From positions 1-60,661 of the forward strand of contig CAUWGC010000012.1 of NCBI GenBank assembly GCA_963558405.1: 60,661 nucleotides of DNA. Direction: 5' to 3'. Position numbers and translations under genes: made by a program. The notes beneath the pieces were generated by a model. That model saw only the letters and a list, made by a program, of their open reading frames with translations. It was not told the DNA's origin and ran no database searches. This DNA is from an uncultured Clostridia bacterium (GTDB lineage Bacteria; Bacillota; Clostridia; TANB77; CAG-508). Shown piece by piece: positions 53,330 through 60,661 of this stretch (positions are counted from its first letter, which is position 1; each line of letters opens with the position of its first letter).

Positions 53330-53728
53330 TTAAACCTTTTTTCTTGATTGTAAATCTTTTATTTCTTTATCTTTTTCTCTTAATTTTTCTTTTAAATCTA
53401 ACCATTCTTTTTGATATACATGTTTATGTATATCATACATATCTTTTACTGATTCTAATCTTTTTTTCTCTTTTTGTAGTTTAGATATCTGTTCGTTTTC
53501 TTTTACTTTTTCTCTTACAACATCTAAATAACCTTTATTTGAATATTCTTTAATAAAATTTAATATTTGCCTTGTTGCTATTTTTACTACATTTACTCTG
53601 CCAGATGCTATAATATAATTATCCATAACTGCTTTTTCTAGTATTAAGGCTGAACTTTCAATATCTATTCCTCTTAATATGCAACTTATTGCCTGCTCAA
53701 TATTTTCTTTTTCTTCTTCAGATAACAT
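53330..53728 (-). CDS. phage hypothetical protein
   Basis: GGAGG RBS; 132 aa. Confidence 0.6.
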   Translation of the reverse strand: MLSEEEKENIEQAISCILRGIDIESSALILEKAVMDNYIIASGRVNVVKIATRQILNFIKEYSNKGYLDVVREKVKENEQISKLQKEKKRLESVKDMYDIHKHVYQKEWLDLKEKLREKDKEIKDLQSRKKV

Positions 53729-53742
53729 AGTTATTCCTCCTT

Positions 53743-54039
53743 CTAATCTTTGTATTTACAAAAATCTTCATAACCTTCTACTATTTCATAAAATGCCTTT
53801 TCAAATAGTTCTGCCCAATTAACAATATTTTCATTGTCGTAACTAGGTTCTTGTAAATAATCAATTATAAATTGTACAAATTGCTCTTTATCGTCTTTCT
53901 TTACTTTTGCTATTTGACTTGATTCTCCATCAAAATTAGCTTCACTTGTCTTGAACAAAAATATCAAGTCATTTATTTTTATTTCCATCTTTAACTTATT
54001 ATTTTCAACTTTAAATTTCATCAATTGCTTTTCACTCAT
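53743..54039 (-). CDS. phage hypothetical protein
   Basis: tightly packed ORF in the early-gene array. Confidence 0.55.
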   Translation of the reverse strand: MSEKQLMKFKVENNKLKMEIKINDLIFLFKTSEANFDGESSQIAKVKKDDKEQFVQFIIDYLQEPSYDNENIVNWAELFEKAFYEIVEGYEDFCKYKD

Positions 54040-54043
54040 CTAA

Positions 54044-54313
54044 TCATCTCCTAATATTTTTATTTAAAACTTCTTTTACTCTATAATGAGGAATATCAAA
54101 CATTTTATTTGAACTCCAAATCATTTCTTGACATATAGTACAAATATAAAAATAGCATACATTGTTACTGTCTTTTCTATGTTTTTTACCTTTTATTATC
54201 TCTCCAAAACTAGGATTGTCCCATTCAAATTGTTTTCCTGCGTAATGTATCCAATTATGAGAACAACCATTTTTTTCGTGTGGCATTAAATTTTTGTTTT
54301 TCTTAAAACACAT
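54044..54313 (-). CDS. phage hypothetical protein (possible Zn-binding)
   Basis: CSH...CTIC; packed ORF. Confidence 0.5.
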   Translation of the reverse strand: MCFKKNKNLMPHEKNGCSHNWIHYAGKQFEWDNPSFGEIIKGKKHRKDSNNVCYFYICTICQEMIWSSNKMFDIPHYRVKEVLNKNIRR

Positions 54314-54319
54314 TTTTTT

Positions 54320-54520
54320 CTAATCTCCTAACTTTCTTCCACACATTGGACAATAATTTATATTTATTTCTTCTTTTTGATAAGAATTAGTATCAACACT
54401 TAAATAGTACAAATCTTCTCTACATACGTTTCTTACCATCTTTATTATTACTCTTTGATTCTTTCTTATATGTCTTTTAGCTTCGTTTGTAATATCATCT
54501 ACCTCACAACATTTACACAT
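54320..54520 (-). CDS. phage zinc-ribbon protein
   Basis: MCKCC...INYCPMCGRKL. Confidence 0.65.
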   Translation of the reverse strand: MCKCCEVDDITNEAKRHIRKNQRVIIKMVRNVCREDLYYLSVDTNSYQKEEININYCPMCGRKLGD

Positions 54521-54530
54521 ATATTTCCTC

Positions 54531-54782
54531 CTACTTTTGGTCTTTTAAATTTAATTTTGAACCTATATAATTTATACATTCTGCAATTCCTATCGTATCA
54601 TTTTCTATAATATTTCCATACCTACTAAATTCATATCTATTCATAACTGTATTACTTGTTAAAATATTAAATATAAATCTTAATACTAATTCTTCTTTTC
54701 TTTCATTAAACTCAATATCTTTATTTATTATTGACTTTATATATTCAATTTTTTCTTGTTTTTCTCTTTCTTTTTTATTCAT
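54531..54782 (-). CDS. phage hypothetical protein
   Basis: GGAGG RBS; 83 aa. Confidence 0.55.
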   Translation of the reverse strand: MNKKEREKQEKIEYIKSIINKDIEFNERKEELVLRFIFNILTSNTVMNRYEFSRYGNIIENDTIGIAECINYIGSKLNLKDQK

Positions 54783-54791
54783 ATTTTCCTC

Positions 54792-55064
54792 CTACCTTTT
54801 AAGATTTTCATTTATCTCTTCTCTTAATTGTTTAATATGCTCTTTACAATAATCTTTGCTATTTAATTTATTAGTACATTTTTCACAAAGTAATTTATCG
54901 CAAGTTGATGTTTCTATTTTTCCTTTTCCATACAAATCAAAAGACTTTCCTGTTATATAATCACATAAGTATTTTGCTTTTCTTTTTCCACATTCCATAC
55001 AGATTCCTAATTCTAATTGTTTAACACGATTTTTTATAGGAATATCTAATTCTTCATTTTCCAT
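54792..55064 (-). CDS. phage zinc-finger protein
   Basis: CMEC...LCD...CDKLLCEKC...DYCKEH. Confidence 0.6.
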   Translation of the reverse strand: MENEELDIPIKNRVKQLELGICMECGKRKAKYLCDYITGKSFDLYGKGKIETSTCDKLLCEKCTNKLNSKDYCKEHIKQLREEINENLKR

Positions 55065-55077
55065 AATTTATCATCAC

Positions 55078-55404
55078 CTAACTATTATTTATATTACTTA
55101 TATGTCCTAATATATTTCTATATTGTTCATGATTTGAAAGCATTTGTTCTTCAATCATCTTTATAGTTTCTTCATCATAATTAGATGGTTTAGAATAATT
55201 TCTATAATTTTTAATATTTATTTCCATTAATTGATAATAGTATAAAAAATATGAGACAGCATTCATTCTTTCATCATCTTCTTTAACCATTTCATTTAAA
55301 TCACATCCTAAAAAAGGTTTTCCTATAGATATAGTTTTTTGAGCTTTCTCTAGATGTTCTATTTTATTGTCTTCAAACCATTTAATAATTTGTTTTACGT
55401 TCAT
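55078..55404 (-). CDS. phage hypothetical protein
   Basis: AGGAG RBS; 108 aa. Confidence 0.55.
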   Translation of the reverse strand: MNVKQIIKWFEDNKIEHLEKAQKTISIGKPFLGCDLNEMVKEDDERMNAVSYFLYYYQLMEINIKNYRNYSKPSNYDEETIKMIEEQMLSNHEQYRNILGHISNINNS

Positions 55405-55495
55405 ATTTACTCCTTATTTCTAAATTTGATACGTTTTGCATCTTTTGAAGAAATTTTCTTGTTTATGCTATAAAGTTGCATAAAATATATTATTT

Positions 55496-55786
55496 TTATA
55501 TAATTTTATATTTCCCATTCGGTTTTTTCATTTCCTCAATAAGTCTATCAAACTCATTTTGAGTCATATTATTTGGTACGAAGTACTCTAATACTGCCTC
55601 AAACGGATATAAATAATTATTTATTATATCTTCTGCTTCTTCTCTTGCCTTCCACTCTTGATGTCCTCTTTTCATTATTACTTTTACATAATCTTCAAAT
55701 GTCATATTTATATCTGTTGGACAATCTACAACTGTACTAAATCTACAAAACTTCCCATTCGGCTGTTTTGCAATAAATCCTCCCAT
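55496..55786 (-). CDS. conserved phage hypothetical protein
   Basis: MGGFIAKQPNGKFCRFSTVVDCPT; GGAGG RBS before ATG 55786. Confidence 0.6.
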   Translation of the reverse strand: MGGFIAKQPNGKFCRFSTVVDCPTDINMTFEDYVKVIMKRGHQEWKAREEAEDIINNYLYPFEAVLEYFVPNNMTQNEFDRLIEEMKKPNGKYKII

Positions 55787-55790
55787 GCAC

Positions 55791-55955
55791 TTATCCTCCA
55801 ACAATTATAATTTCTTTAAATTTTGTTATTTGAAATTCTTTTTGTGTTATCCATTTTTGCCATTCACCACATTCACCACAATACAAACCAATTATTTGTC
55901 CTTGTATTTTTACAAATAATTTATCACTTCCGCATTTATTACATCTATTTTGCAT
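55791..55955 (-). CDS. 54-aa zinc-ribbon protein
   Basis: MQNRCNKCGS...GLYCGECGEWQKWI, read manually; start overlaps upstream stop. Confidence 0.6.
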   Translation of the reverse strand: MQNRCNKCGSDKLFVKIQGQIIGLYCGECGEWQKWITQKEFQITKFKEIIIVGG

Positions 55956-56593
55956 TATTTATCCTCCTCTTGTAATAGTTGTTCTAAAACTTCTATCGTT
56001 TTTTCTATATCTTTTTCTTCTAGGAAACTATCATAATAATAACTTTCTTTATCATTTTTTATTTCTTCTATTTTATTTTTTATTCTATTTAATAAGCCAT
56101 TATATAATAAAGCTATATCAGTTGTTTTATCTACTTCATCTAAGTACATTTGCTCATATTGTTCTTTTTCTTTCTCTAATTCTTTAAATTTTTGAACCGG
56201 TACAAATTCATTTTCTATATTGTTATTAAATATAGATGATGTAAAATTTTTCAAAGTTTCCTTTTCCTCTTCTAGTTTTTTTATTTTCTCTCTTAATTCT
56301 CCATTAATCCTCTGATGTTCTTCATTTATTTGTTTTTGTCTTGTATAGTCTAATAATAGATGTTCTATTGCTATGTTTAATTCTAATTTTTTATATATAT
56401 ATCCTATTTTCCAACCTCCACATCTATTATCTATCTCTAATTTATCTCTTTGCATTTCATTATTTTTAAATCTTTCTAATATTTTTATATCTTCTTCTAT
56501 GTTACCAATATTCATATCGATAACTTCTTCTTTATCTATTCCGTTTAATTTTCTTGTAGCTAAAAATTCTTCTTCATCTAAGTCAAACGCCAT
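55955..56593 (-). CDS. phage coiled-coil hypothetical protein
   Basis: 212 aa with RBS. Confidence 0.55.
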   Translation of the reverse strand: MAFDLDEEEFLATRKLNGIDKEEVIDMNIGNIEEDIKILERFKNNEMQRDKLEIDNRCGGWKIGYIYKKLELNIAIEHLLLDYTRQKQINEEHQRINGELREKIKKLEEEKETLKNFTSSIFNNNIENEFVPVQKFKELEKEKEQYEQMYLDEVDKTTDIALLYNGLLNRIKNKIEEIKNDKESYYYDSFLEEKDIEKTIEVLEQLLQEEDK

Positions 56594-56778
56594 AATTTTC
56601 TACCTCCTTCTACTCTTTGTTCTAACCAATTAATATAATTGGATTCCTCCGCTTCTTTCCTGTTTTGTATATTTATAGAAATTTCTAGTAACATAAATGC
56701 TATAATAAACAATATTACTATACATGTTTTCTTTATTTTCTCTTTTATTTCTAGACTTTTATTAGACATATAACTCAT
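56578..56778 (-). CDS. small phage membrane protein
   Basis: one TM helix; RBS. Confidence 0.5.
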   Translation of the reverse strand: MSYMSNKSLEIKEKIKKTCIVILFIIAFMLLEISINIQNRKEAEESNYINWLEQRVEGGRKLWRLT

Positions 56779-56806
56779 TTTTCAAGTCTCCTTTTTTACT
56801 AGTTTT

Positions 56807-57022
56807 TCAGTTGCTTTTATTACTCTCTTTAATTTTATTTCTCTCTAATAATTTGAATAAGAATATTACTGGCCATCCTATGCAAAATATTATTTTTATC
56901 CATGATTCCGCTTCTTTTATTTCTCCAGTAACTGTATTTTTTATTTCTAACTTTATTCTTTTAGTTTTTAGTAATATTCCTATCATAATTGATAATATAA
57001 AGTATATTTGAAATGTACTCAT
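56807..57022 (-). CDS. small phage membrane protein
   Basis: two hydrophobic segments; RBS. Confidence 0.5.
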   Translation of the reverse strand: MSTFQIYFILSIMIGILLKTKRIKLEIKNTVTGEIKEAESWIKIIFCIGWPVIFLFKLLERNKIKESNKSN

Positions 57023-57044
57023 TAGATTTCCTTTCCTATTTTTA

Positions 57045-57221
57045 TTATTTATGATATTTGAATACTTTTTCTATTTTTTCTAATAATTTATTAGCTGTTT
57101 TGCTTTCTATTATTTTGTATTTTTCAAATTCTACTATTTTTATGTTTTCTTTGCTCTTTACTTTTCCTTTAATTTCTGCAATTAAAATACTTTTGTCATT
57201 GTAAATTATAATTTTACTCAT
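57045..57221 (-). CDS. phage hypothetical protein
   Basis: likely start MSKIIIY after GGAG. Confidence 0.45.
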   Translation of the reverse strand: MSKIIIYNDKSILIAEIKGKVKSKENIKIVEFEKYKIIESKTANKLLEKIEKVFKYHK

Positions 57222-57246
57222 TCTCTCCGCTTCTTTCCTTTGAAAT

Positions 57247-57657
57247 TTATTCTTTCTTTTTCTTTGCACATTTTAAATTTTTTACAACTCTTGGTTTATA
57301 TTCTCTATTCTCTTGATTTGCTTTAAGTGTTTCCAAATTACTAATTGCCTGTTTTGTATCTCCTACAATTCCTTTTGTTATATATTTATCTGTGTATCCT
57401 TTTATAGTATTTACAAGTTCTAATTTATTCTTTAATTTTCTTCTTTCTTTTCTTACGTTTATTAGTGATTGAGAAACTTTCATTATCTCAATTCCATTTA
57501 ATTTTGCAAGTTCTAATTCATGTAAATAATCTTGAGTTTCATCATCTTTTACGCTAATCTGATTTTCTAAATTTCTTTTCATTTCATCTAAATTTTCAAA
57601 TAGATTTCCCATGTCTTCTAATAAAATTCTTGTTTCTTCTATGTTATCTAATTGCAT
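57247..57657 (-). CDS. phage coiled-coil hypothetical protein
   Basis: DYLHELE...RKERRKLKN...YKPRV pattern. Confidence 0.6.
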   Translation of the reverse strand: MQLDNIEETRILLEDMGNLFENLDEMKRNLENQISVKDDETQDYLHELELAKLNGIEIMKVSQSLINVRKERRKLKNKLELVNTIKGYTDKYITKGIVGDTKQAISNLETLKANQENREYKPRVVKNLKCAKKKKE

Positions 57658-57677
57658 CTTTTTTCTCTCCTTTGTTT

Positions 57678-58082
57678 TTATAATATATTTGGTATATGAT
57701 TTTCATTTGCATAATAATCTTTATAATGCTTTTCTATTAATTCTCTTGTTTCTTTTTTGTTTCCATCTACTAAGTTACTATATTTGTTTTGTATATCCCT
57801 TCTTGTCCTTTCTATGCTTTTAAAACTTGGTAATTTATATTCTTGATAATTCACAAATGTATGTTTGTTGAATTCTATATCATAGTAATTTTCTATATAT
57901 ACTGCATACAATAATTCATCACTTGTACGTGTTTCTGGAATATTTTCTAATAATTCTTTAACTCTTTCTTCCATTATGCTTTCCTTTTTTAGCTTTGCTT
58001 CTCCTTTTGCTATTTCTTGTAACGTTTTAAATTTTTTATGACTTTCTTGTTCTAAAAATTCTTTTTCTGTTACATCTTTCAT
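57678..58082 (-). CDS. phage hypothetical protein
   Basis: PETRTSDELL...PSFKSIERTRRDIQ pattern. Confidence 0.6.
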   Translation of the reverse strand: MKDVTEKEFLEQESHKKFKTLQEIAKGEAKLKKESIMEERVKELLENIPETRTSDELLYAVYIENYYDIEFNKHTFVNYQEYKLPSFKSIERTRRDIQNKYSNLVDGNKKETRELIEKHYKDYYANENHIPNIL

Positions 58083-58091
58083 TTGTTTTTT

Positions 58092-59378
58092 TCACTCCTT
58101 ATTTGTAAATTTCATAGCTTTTCTGTTAAATTTTAATTGTATTTCTCCTGTTGGGCCGTTTCTTTGTTTTGCTACAATAACTTGTATATCCATGATGTAT
58201 TGTTTTATTTTTTCTTCTTCATCTACATGTAGGAAAATAACGTTGTCTGCATCCTGTTCCAAACTGCCACTTTCTCTTAAATCTGATAATGCTGGTCTTT
58301 TTCTTTTTTCTGTTTCTCTATTTAACTGACACAATGCTATTACTGGTATATTTAAATCTCTGCTTAATAGTTTTAATCTTCTTGATATGTCTGCTACTTC
58401 TTGTTCTCTAATATTAAATTTTTCTTTACTTTTTAGTAGCTGAAGATAATCTATAATCATTAGTCCCATATTTTTTCTTTCTTTTAGTTCCATAGCTTTC
58501 GTTTCTATTTCTTGTATTGTCTTGCTTTCTGAATCTAATAATATTTTCAATTCTGAAAGCTCTGTAGCGGATAGTGCTATTTTTTCCCAATCTTTTTCAT
58601 CTAACCAACCTTTTCTTAATTTATGGCTATCTATCATAGAATTACTTGCTATCATTCTATTTCCTATTTGTTCTTTTGACATTTCTAAACTTACAAGGTA
58701 TGTATAAATACCTTTTCTACTGATGTTTTCTGCTATATTTAATGCAAAACATGTTTTTCCTACTCCAGGTCTTGCTGCTACTATTGTAAATTCCTGTTCA
58801 TGTAATCCGTCGGTTATCATATCTAATTTATAAAACCCTGTTTCGTATTTATTGTTTTCTTTTTCATTTACTTTTTTTTCAATGACTTTTACCGCTTCTA
58901 CTATTACATCGCTCATTTCTTCTTGCTTTGCATTTATATTTAATGTTTTTATTTTCGACATTGTTTCTATACATGCTTTTTTTATTTCTCCTGGATCTTC
59001 ATCCGAACTTACATCTTGAATATTTTTTAGTATTTCTTTTGCCTTTTTTTCTATTTCTCTTCTAGTACTATAGTTCTTTAATTTTTTTATGTAATACTCT
59101 ATATTACTTGAAGTTACTATAGTTTCTGATATTTTTACTAAATATTCTAATATATCTTTATCGTCGTATTTTTTATCTTTTGCTGTTTCTTTTATGCTTA
59201 AAATATCTATAGGATTGTCTTGTGAATACAAGTCTGACATTATGGAATAAATAATTCTATTTTTGGGAATATAAAAATCTTCTCGATTTATTATTCTTAG
59301 GTATCTCCTTGTATTTTCACAAACAAGTAAAATTCCCAAAACATTTTTTTCTACTTCTTCGGAAAATAAATTATCCAT
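58092..59378 (-). CDS. dnaB: phage DnaB-like replicative helicase
   Basis: AARPGVGKT, SLEM, IIDYLQL, QLNR, DLRESGSLEQDAD and KQRNGPTG motifs. Confidence 0.95.
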   Translation of the reverse strand: MDNLFSEEVEKNVLGILLVCENTRRYLRIINREDFYIPKNRIIYSIMSDLYSQDNPIDILSIKETAKDKKYDDKDILEYLVKISETIVTSSNIEYYIKKLKNYSTRREIEKKAKEILKNIQDVSSDEDPGEIKKACIETMSKIKTLNINAKQEEMSDVIVEAVKVIEKKVNEKENNKYETGFYKLDMITDGLHEQEFTIVAARPGVGKTCFALNIAENISRKGIYTYLVSLEMSKEQIGNRMIASNSMIDSHKLRKGWLDEKDWEKIALSATELSELKILLDSESKTIQEIETKAMELKERKNMGLMIIDYLQLLKSKEKFNIREQEVADISRRLKLLSRDLNIPVIALCQLNRETEKRKRPALSDLRESGSLEQDADNVIFLHVDEEEKIKQYIMDIQVIVAKQRNGPTGEIQLKFNRKAMKFTNKE

Positions 59379-60138
59379 CTTTTATCCTTTCTGCTTTAGC
59401 ATACTGTTCGTATTCACTAAAGTCTGTATTGTATTCTATTTCTTGTTTTTTCTCTTGTTTATTTCTTGTATTGCTCTCTTTTTTCTTTTTTTGTTGTTCT
59501 TTAAATTCTTCTTGACTTTGTTTAAATTCTGATACTGTTTTTATTCCTTTATTTACACAATTATTTAATATACCTGTTATATATTTCCAAGTTCTACTAT
59601 TTCTACTCACCGCTTCCTTTATAGCTTCTATAATAAGTTCTCCTTCCATTGTCTCTAGGTATTTGTCCATGTCTTCTGAAACAAATTGAGTAATCAAGGT
59701 AATATTATCTTCATAAAATTTTATAATCTTTTGTTTTTCATTTTCACTTTCTTTTTTATTTTCTTTTTCTTCTTCTATATTATTATTACTTGTAATATTA
59801 CCTAAGGTGTTTTCGCCTATACCCCCTAGGTGTTTTTGCCTATACCCCCTAGGTGTTTTCACCGATAGGTAAATTCTTCTTTCTTCTACTTTTCCAAGTT
59901 CATCTTTAATAAATTCTGTTTCTATATATCCTGCTTGTTTTAGGTTATTAATCCAGTCTGAAATTGTATCTTTATGTTTTTCGTATAAATCTGCAAAATA
60001 TGAATTACTTGCATTACAATAACCATTTTTGTTAGCTAATGCTGTTATTTCTCCATATAGTAATTTTTCGTTTGCCTTTAATTTATTATCGTATCTTACT
60101 TCTGCAGGAATTACTGCATAATAGTTTGGATTTTCCAT
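59371..60138 (-). CDS. phage replication initiator (N-terminal HTH, C-terminal DnaD-like domain)
   Basis: YYAVIPAEVRYD...KLLYGEITAL...GYC.ASN.YFA; 'WKYITGILNN...GIKT'. Confidence 0.88.
   Translation of the reverse strand: MENPNYYAVIPAEVRYDNKLKANEKLLYGEITALANKNGYCNASNSYFADLYEKHKDTISDWINNLKQAGYIETEFIKDELGKVEERRIYLSVKTPRGYRQKHLGGIGENTLGNITSNNNIEEEKENKKESENEKQKIIKFYEDNITLITQFVSEDMDKYLETMEGELIIEAIKEAVSRNSRTWKYITGILNNCVNKGIKTVSEFKQSQEEFKEQQKKKKESNTRNKQEKKQEIEYNTDFSEYEQYAKAERIKDG
59801..59870. repeat. iteron-like direct repeats inside the initiator gene (putative phage origin)
   Basis: about three tandem copies of ctaggtgtttt(c/t)gcctatacccc. Confidence 0.75.
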
Positions 60139-60147
60139 AGTTTCCTC

Positions 60148-60534
60148 CTATATTTTTTCTAGATAGTTACTCTTAAATTCTTGTAAAAATTTTTCTTCTC
60201 CGTATATTTCTATAAATTTTTGCTTTGCTATATCATGTAATTCTTGTTTTGCATTTTTATCTAAATCTACTTTTCCATGACAAATTCTACATAAATAGTA
60301 TATAAGTCCGTACTCCATGCTTTTTTGTCTATTACAACCCCCAAAAGCTTCATGAGTATCTGTTTTACAATACGCATTACACAAAAAACATTTATCTTTA
60401 TCCTGCTGTAAAATGCTAAATCTTTTTCGTTCTTTTTTGGATAATTTCTTACTTTTGTTGCGAATATATATCTTTTTATTCTTTTCTTTTTTAGCTGGCT
60501 TAGGAATGGCAAATAAACTATAATCTATCGACAT
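60148..60534 (-). CDS. HNH-like/Zn-binding phage protein
   Basis: CFLC...HEAFGG.NR..S..YGL...LC..CH; likely start MSIDYS. Confidence 0.65.
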   Translation of the reverse strand: MSIDYSLFAIPKPAKKEKNKKIYIRNKSKKLSKKERKRFSILQQDKDKCFLCNAYCKTDTHEAFGGCNRQKSMEYGLIYYLCRICHGKVDLDKNAKQELHDIAKQKFIEIYGEEKFLQEFKSNYLEKI

Positions 60535-60661
60535 TTTTTCACCTCTTTTTTGGGGGCATGGCACAAAATATATGTAACTTGGATTTTCCTTTTTATTTTT
60601 TTGTGCTTTAAGTTTCGGTTTTTTGCAAAAATAATTTTATTAAAATGATAGAATTGATAAA

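Larger units (their letters stand above)
32867..60661 (-). mobile_element. siphovirus-like prophage (replication, packaging, head, tail, lysis modules), continuing beyond the window
   Basis: colinear rep-DnaB-late activator-HNH-terS-terL-portal-protease-MCP-head/tail-MTP-TMP-Dit-fibre-holin-lysin order. Confidence 0.95.

Noticed and set aside
60267-60512. Alternative minus-strand ORF overlapping 60148..60534
   Set aside because: The other frame carries the Cys/His motifs and the RBS.

Overview
This is a very AT-rich Clostridia-like chromosome segment, almost entirely coded on the minus strand. Region 1-14.3 kb holds housekeeping and accessory genes: a P-type ATPase, a pilin-like surface protein behind an (AC)15 leader ORF, AIM24, tsaD, a site-2 protease, lysS, a cell-wall hydrolase and two internally deleted pseudogenes. 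Region 14.3-32.2 kb is a Wzx/Wzy-type surface polysaccharide locus (FnlABC, Ugd, pyruvyl transferase, DegT). From about 32.87 kb to the window end is a siphovirus-like prophage inserted inside the spore-coat Mn-catalase gene cotJC. Main discovery: all seven single-base frameshifts I found, in six genes (two host, four prophage), are +1 shifts located exactly at an in-frame CGG codon. Skipping the C puts a GGN (Gly) codon in frame and restores conserved protein sequence. By manual scan, CGG is in frame only once elsewhere in the genes I accept. This suggests lineage-wide recoding in which CGG-N acts as a +1 frameshift or quadruplet codon shared by host and phage. Sequencing artefact must still be excluded. 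All family assignments come from motif recognition, not database searches.
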